A stretch of DNA of 63,511 nucleotides, counting the filler. It is 6 parts of 6 records of this genome, joined end to end, with 100 filler letters (N's around TTAATTAATTAA, not from the genome) between each part and the next. Parts side by side here need not be neighbours in the genome. Positions count along the whole stretch, not along the records: positions 18,140 to 36,111 come from SRR20825019_2038; 5 more parts are not named here. The stretch is one strand, 5' to 3'. A model generated the notes under the pieces. It searched no databases. It saw only the letters and a list, made by a program, of their open reading frames with translations, and was not told the origin of the DNA. The translations under genes were made by a program, and so were the position numbers. This document shows positions 18,140 to 29,066 of this stretch, piece by piece (the stretch's first letter is position 1; each line of letters starts with the position of its first letter).

Positions 18140-18919
18140 TAACTGCTCATCATCTAAATTTCTACTATGATCGCAAAGCGCTCTGGCAGATGAGTGTGAA
18201 GCTATTATTGGCGCTTCGGTTAAATTTATCATTTGTCGCATGGCTTCTTTAGATGGATGAGATACATCTATCATCATACCGACACGATTCATCTCAGAAA
18301 CCACTTCTTTTCCTAATTCACTTAACCCATTATGTAACCAGACATCATCTTCTTCTCCAGTGTTAGAGTCTGATAATTGGCTGTGCCCATTATGTGATAA
18401 AGACATATAGCGTGCACCCATATCGTAAAATGTCTTGACGTTACTAAGATCTGTACCTATTGGGTAACCGTTTTCTATACCTATCATCGCAACAAGTTTG
18501 CCTGATTCGTGTATATCTTTTACTTCTTTAGAGGTTGTTGCTAAAGCAATATCATTAGGAGCAATACTGTCTACTAACCTATGTATAGCTTCAAATTTGC
18601 TAATAGCATTATCGTATGCGTTTTTATAACCTATGTCATTTAAAGAGTCTTGTCCTGTATAGACAATAAACCAAGCCACATCTAAACCACCTTCTTTCAT
18701 ATTAGGAAGATTAACTTGTGTTTCTAGTTTTTGTGTATAGTTAATGGAGTCTGTGAAATTTCGAATATTTATATCACAATGTGTATCTAAAGTGATAACT
18801 TCTAAATGAATAGACATGGCCTTTGCAAGCAGTTGATTTTCGGTTAGTTCTTTAGGTTCAATTTCTTTACAACTTATTGAAATAAAGACTAATAATACTA
18901 GTGAAAGGACATTTCTCAT
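18140..18919 (-). CDS. Membrane dipeptidase (peptidase M19) lipoprotein, 3'-truncated
   Basis: DTHCD, IGIENG, IDVSH, ASHS, RNLDD motifs; lipobox ISC. Confidence 0.9.
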
Positions 18920-19026
18920 TGGTGGTAGTTTGTAGCTAAAGTACAACTATTCACTAAAATATGATTCTTTAGTGGTTTAAGCTTTCTCAATTTTTGGTAT
19001 CTTAGATGGCTAAATCTTACTATATA

Positions 19027-21483
19027 ATGAAATACCCATTAGTTGTATTAACCGCGCTACTAGTAGTATTAGGGTGCGCCAATCAAAAACCAACCACAAA
19101 AAAATCAACCAATACACCTACATCTTCAGCTTCAAAAGACGATAAGATAAAACCTTATTCAAAAGTCATTACGAGTGCTGCAAAAACAGATGATGGTCTA
19201 TTTAAAGTTCATCAAATAGGTGAAAAATATTACTATGAAATACCGAATGCTGTCCTGCAAAAAGATATGCTTTGGGTAAGTAGGATAGCTCAAATACCAT
19301 CAAATTTAGGCGGTGGTTATATGAATGCTGGAAGTAAAACTAATGAGCAAGTGGTACATTGGGTTAGGTTTCAAGACAAAATCTTATTAAAGGTAAAAAG
19401 CTACTCAGAAGTTGCTTTGGATACGTCTGCAGCAATTAATAATTCTGTCTTAGTAAATAATTATGAGCCTACACTTTATGCATTTGATATTGAAGCCTTG
19501 AGTGCAGATAGTACAGCTACGGTTATTGATGTTACTAAATTCTTATCTTCAGATGTTCAGGCTATAAGTGGGTTAAGCTCAAGACTAAGAAAATCTTATA
19601 AAGTAAAAAACCTTGATAAGGATAGAAGCTTTATTAATAACATAAAGTCATTCCCTGAAAATATAGAGGTTAAACAGGATTTTACTTACAATGCTTCTGA
19701 GCCACCATCAAACTCAGCTACAGAATCAATAAGTCTTCAAATGAATCAATCTATGATTTTGTTGCCAGAAGAACCAATGCAACCAAGATTGTTTGATCCT
19801 CGTGTAGGTTGGTTTACAACAAGCCAGATAGATTACTCGAGTGAAGCTTTGAAAGCAGATAAGAAAACTTATATAAGACGTTGGAGATTGGAACCTAAAG
19901 ATCCTGCTGCTTATGAGAGAGGAGAATTGGTGGAGCCTATTAAACCAATAGTTTATTATTTAGATCCTGGTACGCCAGAGAGTTTAAAAACCTATATAAA
20001 ACAAGGTATTGAAGATTGGCAAAAACCTTTTGAAACTGCAGGTTTTAAAAATGCAATTATAGCTAAAGATGCTCCAACCAAAGAAGAAGATCCAGATTTT
20101 AGTCCAGAAGATATAAGATATTCTGTAGTGCGTTATGTTGCTAGTACCACCAGAAATGCTGTTGGGCCAAGTGTGAGTGATCCTCGTTCTGGAGAAATTA
20201 TAGAAAGTGATATTATCTGGTACCATAACCACCTTAGGTCTTACAGAAATAGATATTTATTAGAAACTGGCGCAGCAAATCCTTCAGCTAGAACTTTAGA
20301 TACTAATGCAGAAGAAATAGGAGAGATGATGCGTCAAGTTATTGCACATGAAGTAGGTCATGCCTTAGGTTTTCCTCACAATATGGCAGCCAGCTATGCA
20401 TATAATGTTGAAGATTATAGAGATGGAGAGTTTACTCAAAACAATGGTATAGCTGCCAGTCTTATGGATTATGCGCGTTATAACTATATAGCACAACCTG
20501 GAGATGAAAATATAAGATTTGTACGCCAAATGGGACCATATGACCACTATGCTGCAAACTGGGGTTATCGTGTTATTCCTAATGCAAATTCTCCAGAAGC
20601 AGAGTTGCAAACTTTAAATTCTTGGATACTTGAAAAAGCAAATGATCCAAAATATAAATTTGGAAAACAAAGCAGTAGTTTTGATCCACAATCTCAAACC
20701 GAAGCTATAGGGAACAATCCTATAAAAGCAAGTACATATGGTATAAAAAACTTAAAGTATGTTGCTGAAAATTTACCAAAGTGGACATCAGATCAAACTA
20801 ATGATTATGCAGATTTAGAAGAACTGTATGGAGAACTTTTAGGGGTTATGTCTCGTTACGTAGGACACGTAGTTACTAATGTTGGTGGTGTTTATGAAAA
20901 TTTAAAAACACCAGAGCAAGAAGGTAGTGTTTATACTGTTGTAGATAAAGACACGCAAAAACAGTCAGTATCTTGGTTACACAATACAATTTTTGAGACA
21001 CCACAATGGCTAATTGATAAAGCTATTGTTCAAAATATATCTGAATCTGGTTATTTTGAACGCCTACGTAGTTTACAAACAAGACATTTAAACAACCTCT
21101 TAAGCTTTGATAGAATAGGACGCTTAATTAATGCTGAAACTACAGAGAATGAGTATTATTCTGCTTTAGAGATGTTACAGGATGTTAGAAAAGGAATCTT
21201 TAATGAAGTTACTTCTGGAAAGCCAACAGATTTATATAGAAGAAACTTACAACGTGCTTTTGTAGAGCAAATGGAATATTTACTAACTGAAGAAATGAGT
21301 AGAGGAAGATATGGCGAGGTATATTATACAGTTGATCAAAGTGATGTGCGCGCTTTAGTAAGAGGAGAACTTAAGTTATTAGAACGCCAGTTAAAATCTG
21401 CAAGATCGTCTAACACATTAACAAAATACCACTATGATGATTTAGAGGATCGTATTAGTTTAATCCTTAATCCAGAAGGTTAA
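19027..21483 (+). CDS. Zinc metalloprotease lipoprotein (DUF5117/DUF4953-type metzincin)
   Basis: HEVGHALGFPH, SLMDY Met-turn, DPRVGWF, lipobox LGC. Confidence 0.88.
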   Translation: MKYPLVVLTALLVVLGCANQKPTTKKSTNTPTSSASKDDKIKPYSKVITSAAKTDDGLFKVHQIGEKYYYEIPNAVLQKDMLWVSRIAQIPSNLGGGYMNAGSKTNEQVVHWVRFQDKILLKVKSYSEVALDTSAAINNSVLVNNYEPTLYAFDIEALSADSTATVIDVTKFLSSDVQAISGLSSRLRKSYKVKNLDKDRSFINNIKSFPENIEVKQDFTYNASEPPSNSATESISLQMNQSMILLPEEPMQPRLFDPRVGWFTTSQIDYSSEALKADKKTYIRRWRLEPKDPAAYERGELVEPIKPIVYYLDPGTPESLKTYIKQGIEDWQKPFETAGFKNAIIAKDAPTKEEDPDFSPEDIRYSVVRYVASTTRNAVGPSVSDPRSGEIIESDIIWYHNHLRSYRNRYLLETGAANPSARTLDTNAEEIGEMMRQVIAHEVGHALGFPHNMAASYAYNVEDYRDGEFTQNNGIAASLMDYARYNYIAQPGDENIRFVRQMGPYDHYAANWGYRVIPNANSPEAELQTLNSWILEKANDPKYKFGKQSSSFDPQSQTEAIGNNPIKASTYGIKNLKYVAENLPKWTSDQTNDYADLEELYGELLGVMSRYVGHVVTNVGGVYENLKTPEQEGSVYTVVDKDTQKQSVSWLHNTIFETPQWLIDKAIVQNISESGYFERLRSLQTRHLNNLLSFDRIGRLINAETTENEYYSALEMLQDVRKGIFNEVTSGKPTDLYRRNLQRAFVEQMEYLLTEEMSRGRYGEVYYTVDQSDVRALVRGELKLLERQLKSARSSNTLTKYHYDDLEDRISLILNPEG

Positions 21484-21502
21484 GAGTTTTAATTATAGAA
21501 TA

Positions 21503-21540
21503 TAAAAAAGCCGCTTTATTAATTTAAAGCGGCTTTTTTA
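21503..21540. terminator. Bidirectional intrinsic terminator
   Basis: TAAAAAAGCCGCTTTA / TAAAGCGGCTTTTTTA between convergent genes. Confidence 0.9.
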
Positions 21541-21561
21541 TAAATAAACAGAGTCGTAAAA

Positions 21562-22428
21562 CTACCCTAAGTATTTCTTTAAGATCTTACTCTTACTTTC
21601 GTGACGTAAACGTCTAATTCCTTTTTCACGAATTTGACGAACACGTTCTCTACTTAAATCAAAAGTTTCACCTATTTCTTGTAAAGTTAACGGCTGTTGT
21701 CCTCCAAGACCATAGTTAAGTCTAATAACATCTGCTTCACGTTCTGTAAGGGTATCTAGAGCACGCTCTATCTCAACACTTAAAGAATCTTGCATTAAGT
21801 TATTATCTGGGCTTGGGCTTTCTCCACTCTTTAATACATCGTATAAGTTAGAGTCGTTTTCACCTTCTTGAAATGGCGCATCCATAGAAAGGCTACGTCC
21901 AGAGTTTTTCATTGCAGTTTTTACCTTGCTTACAGGCATATCTAACTCCTTTGCAATTTCTGCAGCAGAAGGCGGACGCTCATAAGCTTGCTCTAAATAA
22001 GAGAATGTTTTATTAATCTTGTTAATAACACCAATCTTATTTAAAGGTAAACGTACAACTCTAGAATGTTCTGCTAGTGCTTGTAGTATAGATTGACGAA
22101 TCCACCATACGGCGTAAGAGATAAATTTAAAACCACGAGTTTCATCAAAACGTTTAGCGGCTTTAACTAAACCAACATTTCCTTCGTTAATTAAATCTGG
22201 TAATCTTAATCCTTGATTTTGGTATTGCTTGGCAACAGATACCACAAAACGTAAGTTAGCTTTCGTTAACTTCTCTAATGCTATCTGATCACCTTCTCGT
22301 ATTCTTTGTGCTAACTCAACTTCTTCTTCAGCCGTTATTAAATCTAGTTTACTAACGTCTTGCAGGTAGTTATTTAAAGATTTAGATTCTCTGTTTGTAA
22401 CCTGCTTGGTAATCTTGAGTTGTCTCAT
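21562..22428 (-). CDS. RpoD/SigA-family sigma factor (Bacteroidota short type)
   Basis: [36 protein letters not shown]. Confidence 0.93.
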   Translation of the reverse strand: MRQLKITKQVTNRESKSLNNYLQDVSKLDLITAEEEVELAQRIREGDQIALEKLTKANLRFVVSVAKQYQNQGLRLPDLINEGNVGLVKAAKRFDETRGFKFISYAVWWIRQSILQALAEHSRVVRLPLNKIGVINKINKTFSYLEQAYERPPSAAEIAKELDMPVSKVKTAMKNSGRSLSMDAPFQEGENDSNLYDVLKSGESPSPDNNLMQDSLSVEIERALDTLTEREADVIRLNYGLGGQQPLTLQEIGETFDLSRERVRQIREKGIRRLRHESKSKILKKYLG

Positions 22429-22630
22429 ATATTCTAGGGATATTTTCGTTTAACACCACATAATGCATTAAATTTTTGGATTTTCCAAATTTTTAACATT
22501 TTATTTTAAATTTAGTAACTTAATAAACGGTAAAATGTGATGTGTTTTACAGTTTTCATTTCTTTGTTATATAACGCAAAAACTATACCTTTTGTTGTTT
22601 ATATTTGCGCAATAAAACCAATTCAATATC

Positions 22631-22786
22631 ATGTCAGATAAAAAGCAAAAACAAGAGTTTGAAGAAAACGATTATATACTTCAAGATACACCTAAAACTA
22701 AAGTAGGAGCCACTATCATAATAGTAGCTGTTATTATCTGTATTATCGCTATTATACTTTCTGGAATTTACTTTGAACTTTGGTAG
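22631..22786 (+). CDS. 51-aa single-pass membrane protein (not in ORF track)
   Basis: MSDKKQKQEFEENDYILQDTPKTKVGATIIIVAVIICIIAIILSGIYFELW; overlaps the start of the next gene. Confidence 0.6.
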   Translation: MSDKKQKQEFEENDYILQDTPKTKVGATIIIVAVIICIIAIILSGIYFELW

Positions 22787-24015
22787 AAGCTTCTCAGTTT
22801 ACACATTTACCAAAAATTAAAACACAGCGTATTGCTGTAAAACTTAACAAAACCGCCCAAGGTTTAGTTAAACAAGGTCATCCTTGGGTATTTTCAGATA
22901 GTATTGTAAAAGAAAGTCATTCTCCTAAATCTGGAGATTTGGCCATTATTTATGACAATCATACTAATAAGCTTATTGCCTTAGGATTGTATGACATAGA
23001 TTCTCCCATAAAAATAAAGGTCTTACACAATGGCAGTCCTGCTAATATAAATTCCTCTTTTTTTGAATCTAAAATACATACTGCCTACGCTAAACGATTA
23101 GACCTTTTAGATACCAACACAAACGCTTACAGACTCCTTTTTGGGGAGAATGACAATATGCCAAGTTTTATTGCAGATGTATATGCAAATGTCCTGGTTA
23201 TTAAACTGTATTCTGAAATGTGGTTACCTTATTTAAGTGATATTCTTCCACATATAATTAATACAACTCAAGTAAAAACAGTTGTGCTTAGGTTAAGTAG
23301 AAAACTTGACCAGCTTTTAACAGCTAAAGGTTTGTCTGATGGATCTATTCTGTATGGAAACCTAGAAGATGAAGAGGTGCACTTTTTTGAACACGGTATT
23401 AATTTTAAGGCCAATGTTATAAAAGGCCATAAGACAGGATATTTCCTAGATCACAGATACAATAGAAAATGTGTTGGAGAGTTAAGCAAAGGAAAATCTG
23501 TTCTCGATGTGTTTAGCTATGCTGGAGGTTTTTCTGTTCATGCATTAGCTAAAGGAGCAAAAGATGTTACTAGTTTGGATATTAGTGCACAGGCATTGGC
23601 AGTAGCTAAGGAAAATGCAACTTTAAATGACCATAAAGGTACACATCATATAATTGAAGGAGACGCTTTTGAAAAACTACAACAACTCATACAAAAGAAC
23701 AGAAAGTTTGATGTTGTAGTTATTGATCCTCCAAGTTTTGCAAAGAAAGCAACAGACGTAGAAAAAGCTTTAAAAAAATATGCGCAACTTGCTAAAATGG
23801 GTGTACAACTTGTATCTAAAAATGGCATACTTGTATTGGCATCTTGTAGCAGTAGAGTAGAGGCTCAAGATTTTTATGCTATGGCAGAAAAAGCTTTAAA
23901 ACAACAAAATGTTACTTATAAAATTATAGATAGAACAGCTCACGATGACGATCATCCTATAGCGTTTGCAGAAGGTGCTTACCTTAAAACTATATATTTT
24001 AAAATATCACAATAA
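22780..24015 (+). CDS. RlmI/RlmK-family 23S rRNA methyltransferase
   Basis: PUA GHPWVF, GHKTGYFLDHR, VLDVFSYAGGF, IDPPSF, YLK. Confidence 0.9.
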   Translation: MVEASQFTHLPKIKTQRIAVKLNKTAQGLVKQGHPWVFSDSIVKESHSPKSGDLAIIYDNHTNKLIALGLYDIDSPIKIKVLHNGSPANINSSFFESKIHTAYAKRLDLLDTNTNAYRLLFGENDNMPSFIADVYANVLVIKLYSEMWLPYLSDILPHIINTTQVKTVVLRLSRKLDQLLTAKGLSDGSILYGNLEDEEVHFFEHGINFKANVIKGHKTGYFLDHRYNRKCVGELSKGKSVLDVFSYAGGFSVHALAKGAKDVTSLDISAQALAVAKENATLNDHKGTHHIIEGDAFEKLQQLIQKNRKFDVVVIDPPSFAKKATDVEKALKKYAQLAKMGVQLVSKNGILVLASCSSRVEAQDFYAMAEKALKQQNVTYKIIDRTAHDDDHPIAFAEGAYLKTIYFKISQ

Positions 24016-24048
24016 AAAAAGGCTTTCTAAAATTTAGAAAGCCTTTTT
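24016..24048. terminator. Bidirectional intrinsic terminator
   Basis: AAAAAGGCTTTCTAA-AAT-TTAGAAAGCCTTTTT. Confidence 0.9.
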
Positions 24049-24068
24049 AAATTAAAATTGAATTGTGA

Positions 24069-24911
24069 TTATCCTTCTTTACTCATTAGTGCAAAGAACT
24101 TATCAAGATTTGGAAGAATTAAAATTCTTGTACGTCTGTTAGCAGCTCTGTTTTCATTAGAGTCATTAGTCACTAAAGGTTTATAAGAACTACGACCAGC
24201 AGCAATCATTTTTTCTGGAGCAACATTATAGTCGTCTGCCAGTTTTCTAATAATAGCTGTAGCACGTTCTGTACTTAAATCCCAGTTGTCTTTAATATAA
24301 CTTCCTTGTTTTACTGTACGATCATCTGTATGACCTTCAATCATTACCTCAATAGCTGGTTCTGAGTTTATAACAGCAGCTAAACGCTCTAACAAGCTAT
24401 TAGCTTTATTACTAACTCTATAACTACCACTATTAAATAATAATTTGTCTGACACAGAGATCATTACCACAGTCTCGTCGATATTAACATCAATATCTTC
24501 GTCGTTACCATCAAAATTCTCTCTCATAGACTTGGTTAAGCTATAACCTACAGCTAAGTTAATTGAGTCTTGTAAGGTTTTTGCATTTGCTAGTTTTTGA
24601 GGATCAACGTTTTGCAATGTCTTTCTCATTTGCTTTTTCTGATTTTCAGAAATTACAGCGACATCACCAACTGTTTCAAATTTAGCATCACTCTCGTCTT
24701 TAAGAGAATTAATTTTAGTGTTGTAAGCTTCAACACGATCCTGAATAGAATTGTATTTTGCTTGTAACTCTTCTTTTTCAACTTGAGTTTTAGTTAAAGT
24801 AGATCTTGTATTGTCATATTCGTTTTGTAATTGAACATACTTTTTCTTAGATACACATGATGTTGCTAAGATTCCTATAGAAAGTGCTGAAAGCACCATA
24901 ACTTTTTTCAT
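24069..24911 (-). CDS. OmpA/MotB-domain lipoprotein
   Basis: Lipobox TSC, coiled coil, IEGHTD, NWDLSTERA, NRR. Confidence 0.88.
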   Translation of the reverse strand: MKKVMVLSALSIGILATSCVSKKKYVQLQNEYDNTRSTLTKTQVEKEELQAKYNSIQDRVEAYNTKINSLKDESDAKFETVGDVAVISENQKKQMRKTLQNVDPQKLANAKTLQDSINLAVGYSLTKSMRENFDGNDEDIDVNIDETVVMISVSDKLLFNSGSYRVSNKANSLLERLAAVINSEPAIEVMIEGHTDDRTVKQGSYIKDNWDLSTERATAIIRKLADDYNVAPEKMIAAGRSSYKPLVTNDSNENRAANRRTRILILPNLDKFFALMSKEG

Positions 24912-25033
24912 TGTTTTAGTTTTTGGTTTGAACCATGATAACAGAGATTGCATGGCTTTGGTATTTCAGATTACTTATTGTTATGTTAAATGATGTGAAG
25001 GTTTGTTAATTAAAATGAGGGCGCGTATAAACT

Positions 25034-25067
25034 AAAAAAACCTTCAGTAATTAAGTGACTGAAGGTT
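25034..25067 (-). terminator. Intrinsic terminator after photolyase
   Basis: AACCTTCAGT / ACTGAAGGTT stem with a T-run on the minus strand. Confidence 0.75.
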
Positions 25068-25095
25068 AGTTGTATAAGTAAAATTGTTGTTGCTT

Positions 25096-26400
25096 TTAAT
25101 TTAAAGCAGATTTATAAGCATTTAAACAACGCTCTCTAGCTTCTTTATGGTCTACCATCTTTTCTGGATACTTATCTGTGTTGTACTCCTTAACCCAATG
25201 GTTAATGTATGTTTTATTTTTATCAAACTTATCTATTTGAGTTGTTGGGTTAAAAATTCTAAAGTACGGAGCAGCATCTACACCAGAGCCTGCAACCCAT
25301 TGCCAATTACCAACGTTGCTGGACATTTCATAATCTAACAGTTTTTCTGCAAAATATGCTTCGCCCCAACGCCAATCTATTAATAAGTGTTTACACAAAA
25401 AGCTTCCTACTACCATACGAACACGGTTATGCATTAAGCCAGTTTCATTTAACTGGCGCATACCTGCATCTACTAAAGGATAACCAGTAGTACCAGTTTT
25501 CCATTTTTCAAATTCGTCTTCATTATTACGCCACTCTATACGGTCGTACTTCTTTTTAAAAGCATTATTTACAGTTTCCGGAAAATGATAAAGTATCTGC
25601 ATGAAGAATTCTCGCCAAATTAATTCGTTCCAGAATGTCTCGTCTTTAGCATCTATAGCTTTCTTGTATATTTTTCTAATACCAACTGTACCAAACCTTA
25701 AATGCGGACTTAGATTAGATGTACCATCCTTGGCTGGAAAGTTTCTAGTATCGTTGTAGTTTTCAATTAATGTTGGAGAAGTATCGTACTCAGGAAATGA
25801 AATTGAGGATTTTTTAAACCCCATTTCAGATAAAGACACATTTGGAAGTCTTGTGTTTTTTACGGTATTATCTAAATGTTGAGATGTATAATGAATCTTT
25901 AAAGTGTGGTCTTTAAAATTCTCTTTCCACGTATTCTTGTAAGGCGTGTACACTAAGTAAGGATCGCCATCCTTTTTAACTACTTCGTCTTTTTCAAATA
26001 TTACTTGATCTTTATATGTTTTAAATGAAATATCATTCTTGCTTAGTAATTCCTTAATATTTGTGTCTCTCTCTTTTGCATATGGCTCGTAATCTCTGTT
26101 GGTAAACACCTCTTGAACCTGATAATCTTTCACTAAAGATTTAAATACTTTTTCAGGTGTATCGTGAAACATTGCTAAACTACTATCATAGTCATCCTGT
26201 AGCTCTTTACGCATTTCTTGTAGGGTTTCAAAAATAAACGTGACGCGAGCATCATTTTCAGGAAGTTTATCTAATATGTCTTTATCAAAAATAAATAAGG
26301 GTAAAACAGGATAATCGCCTTTTAAAGCTTCTAGAAAACCTACATTATCATCTAAGCGTAAATCTCTTCTAAACCAGAATATTGAAACTTTTTTTGACAT
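25096..26400 (-). CDS. phrB: Deoxyribodipyrimidine photolyase
   Basis: WFRRDLRLDDN, TSNLSPHLRFG, TGYPLVDAGMRQL, MHNRVRM, RIFNP. Confidence 0.93.
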   Translation of the reverse strand: MSKKVSIFWFRRDLRLDDNVGFLEALKGDYPVLPLFIFDKDILDKLPENDARVTFIFETLQEMRKELQDDYDSSLAMFHDTPEKVFKSLVKDYQVQEVFTNRDYEPYAKERDTNIKELLSKNDISFKTYKDQVIFEKDEVVKKDGDPYLVYTPYKNTWKENFKDHTLKIHYTSQHLDNTVKNTRLPNVSLSEMGFKKSSISFPEYDTSPTLIENYNDTRNFPAKDGTSNLSPHLRFGTVGIRKIYKKAIDAKDETFWNELIWREFFMQILYHFPETVNNAFKKKYDRIEWRNNEDEFEKWKTGTTGYPLVDAGMRQLNETGLMHNRVRMVVGSFLCKHLLIDWRWGEAYFAEKLLDYEMSSNVGNWQWVAGSGVDAAPYFRIFNPTTQIDKFDKNKTYINHWVKEYNTDKYPEKMVDHKEARERCLNAYKSALN

Positions 26401-26401
26401 T

Positions 26402-27100
26402 TTAATTAATGTTTAAAGTACTCATACCTCCATCAACTCCAAAAACTTGACCTGTAATCCAAGCACTTTGATCTGTGAGAAGAAACTTTGCTATTGCAGC
26501 TATATCTTCAGTTGTTCCTACGCGTTTTAGAGGATGCCTATCATTCATTTTTTCTCGTTTCTTGTCATTATTAAGAAGTTGAGCGGCTAGTGGTGTATCT
26601 GTGAGTGATGGTGCTATTACATTTACTCTAAATGTTGGTGCATACTCTGCAGCTAATGCTTTTGCAAAACCTTCGATTGCGCCTTTTGCGGCTGCTACAC
26701 TGGTATGAAATGGCATTCCTACTTTTACAGCAACAGTACTAAAAAATACAAGACTAGCTTGCTCACTCTTTTTTAGCTTTGGTAACAATGCATGAACAGC
26801 TTTGACTAAAGACATGAAGTTAATGTTTATGTCTTCTTCAAAATCTGAAGGTTTCAGCATTTTAAATGGCTTAAGGTTTATACTGCCAGGACAGAATACC
26901 AAACCATCTATTTGATCTGGTAAATTTAATGAAGTGATGTCATCCTTTTGTACATCAAACTCTAAATGGGTAACTAAAGAGGTGTCTAATTCACCTGTAG
27001 TTCTAGATGCAACAAAAAGGTTGTGGTCGTCCTGCAATAGTTCAGTTATACTTAAACCAATTCCTTTTGAGCCACCAATTAATAAAATATTCTTTTTCAA
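26402..27100 (-). CDS. SDR-family oxidoreductase
   Basis: GGSKGIG, VNVIAP, ITGQVFGVDGG. Confidence 0.9.
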   Translation of the reverse strand: MKKNILLIGGSKGIGLSITELLQDDHNLFVASRTTGELDTSLVTHLEFDVQKDDITSLNLPDQIDGLVFCPGSINLKPFKMLKPSDFEEDININFMSLVKAVHALLPKLKKSEQASLVFFSTVAVKVGMPFHTSVAAAKGAIEGFAKALAAEYAPTFRVNVIAPSLTDTPLAAQLLNNDKKREKMNDRHPLKRVGTTEDIAAIAKFLLTDQSAWITGQVFGVDGGMSTLNIN

Positions 27101-27163
27101 AACAATTTTTTGTTTAAATATACGAAGAAATAATTAAACAGAATATTGAATAGTAGATATGAA

Positions 27164-27190
27164 AAAAGGGATTCGTATTGAATCCCTTTT
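27164..27190 (-). terminator. Intrinsic terminator
   Basis: AAAAGGGATTC-GTATT-GAATCCCTTTT. Confidence 0.75.
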
Positions 27191-27215
27191 AATTTATATA
27201 ATTTACTAATGTAGC

Positions 27216-27413
27216 TTAGTTGTCAGCATCTATTTGATCTGTGTCTTTTCTCGTTTTAAGCATGCCTACTCCTGCAAAGAAAAATACGATACCAATTATT
27301 AATAATGCCCAAGGACTTAAACCTACATTCATACTTCCAAAAGCTCCTAAAACGCCAATTACTAAACCTATGGCACCAGCTATGGTAAGTATTAAAGCTA
27401 AAATCTTAATCAT
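27216..27413 (-). CDS. Small two-TM membrane protein
   Basis: Two hydrophobic helices; followed by a terminator. Confidence 0.7.
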   Translation of the reverse strand: MIKILALILTIAGAIGLVIGVLGAFGSMNVGLSPWALLIIGIVFFFAGVGMLKTRKDTDQIDADN

Positions 27414-27491
27414 AATATTTAAATTTTGGTTAGATGTTAAATATACTGAGAATAGCTAGTATTAGTAGTATAGTTAAGAATACTTTAGGGA

Positions 27492-28442
27492 TTACTCGTC
27501 ATAAATGTTAGAGTAACTGTTACCTTCTGTCACAAAGAATTCGCCATCAATAAATCTGTAGTTTTTACCAATATTAGCTATATCTTCTAAGTCTTCTTTG
27601 CTTAGCTCAATATTATCACTCTCGAGGTTTTCCTTAATCCTACCTTCATTTGTAGATTTAGGAATAACCGCTGTACCGCGTTGTTTTGCCCAAGCAATTA
27701 AAGTTTGACCTTTTGAAATATTATTTCGTTCTGCAACTTTCTTAATAGTATCATCTTCAAATAATGATGGCTCATCGTCTGCTTTCATTCCTTCAGATCT
27801 GTCACCACTTCCTAATGGAGAATATCCTGTAAGTAAAATACCTTCTTTAGAACAATAAGAATATAAATCGTTTTGAGGTAAGTAAGGATGTAACTCAACT
27901 TGATTCATTTCTGGCATTTCTTCAACTTTACCTTTTAAGCTTTCTAGCTTTTCTTTGCTAAAGTTTGAGACACCAACATGTTTAATTAAACCTTGTTTCT
28001 TCGCTTCAATCATTGCATTTAATGTTTCATGAAGTGGTGCTTCTTCTAAAGATAAATAGTCTTCATCTTTTTCTGGAAAGCCATTTACACTTGGTTTAAA
28101 TGCAACTGGCCAGTGCATAAGATAAAGGTCTAAATAATCAAGATTTAAATCGTTTAGCGTCTTTTTAAGTGCAGGAATTACATCTTCTTTTTTATGAGCG
28201 TTATTCCATAGTTTAGATGTAACAAAAATATCTTCTCGCTTAACATTTCCGCTTTCAAAAGATTCTTTAAAAGCTTCTCCTACAGCATCTTCATTGTCAT
28301 AAGCGGCGGCGCAATCTATATGCTTGTAACCATTTTCTAACGCAATTTTTACAGCTTTTTTTACATCTTCTGGATCAGATTTCCAAGTACCCAATCCTAT
28401 TGATGGTATACTGTCTCCGTCTCTAAATTTTAAGGTTGTCAT
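27492..28442 (-). CDS. Aldo/keto reductase
   Basis: GLGTW, IDCA..Y, TSKLW, LYLMHWP, NQVELHP, IPKS. Confidence 0.93.
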   Translation of the reverse strand: MTTLKFRDGDSIPSIGLGTWKSDPEDVKKAVKIALENGYKHIDCAAAYDNEDAVGEAFKESFESGNVKREDIFVTSKLWNNAHKKEDVIPALKKTLNDLNLDYLDLYLMHWPVAFKPSVNGFPEKDEDYLSLEEAPLHETLNAMIEAKKQGLIKHVGVSNFSKEKLESLKGKVEEMPEMNQVELHPYLPQNDLYSYCSKEGILLTGYSPLGSGDRSEGMKADDEPSLFEDDTIKKVAERNNISKGQTLIAWAKQRGTAVIPKSTNEGRIKENLESDNIELSKEDLEDIANIGKNYRFIDGEFFVTEGNSYSNIYDE

Positions 28443-28572
28443 AGTTTTTTCTTTTAAAGTTAAGAATTGAAAATCATAGAGATTTAGAAAATATTGACTT
28501 TAGGATTATTTTAAGCTTAATTCTTTACAAACGTTAATTAGAGGTGTAGCTAACTCTAAAATTTTGTAAAAA

Positions 28573-29022
28573 TTAGTCCAAATTATACATTGGAAGCTCT
28601 TTTAAAAAGGTGTAGGATTCGGTATCCACATTCATTTGGCAGTAATAGTGTTGTAACCCATTAGTAACCATAAGATACTTAGCATTTAAAGTGAGATTGT
28701 ATCTTGCAATTTGATCGAAAGTTTCTTGGTTAATTTTTATATGTGGTGCCTTGCACTCCACAATTAAATGAATACTGGTATCTTTATTAAAAGAGATAAT
28801 ATCGTATCGTTTAGACATACTATTAACCTTCACTTCTTTCTCAACATTAATATAAGATTTAGGAATGTTAAGATCATCAATTAAAAATTGCACACAATGT
28901 TGTCTTACCCATTCTTCTGGTGTAAGAACAAAGAATCTTTTGCGAATCTCATCGAAGATATGCACCTTTTTTTCGGTACTTTTGAATCGGAACGCGTAGC
29001 GTGGAAAGTTAAGTGGCATCAT
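28573..29022 (-). CDS. HsdR N-terminal-like (HSDR_N_2) domain protein
   Basis: LTPEEWVRQH, IVECKAP, QIARYN, TNGL; start at MMPLNFP. Confidence 0.8.
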   Translation of the reverse strand: MMPLNFPRYAFRFKSTEKKVHIFDEIRKRFFVLTPEEWVRQHCVQFLIDDLNIPKSYINVEKEVKVNSMSKRYDIISFNKDTSIHLIVECKAPHIKINQETFDQIARYNLTLNAKYLMVTNGLQHYYCQMNVDTESYTFLKELPMYNLD

Positions 29023-29066
29023 TACAATACAAAGGTAAACTACCATATACAAACGACAAGATAATT

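Noticed and set aside
28573-29022. Type I restriction-modification system
   Set aside because: Stand-alone small HsdR_N-like domain beside holA; no hsdM, hsdS or helicase
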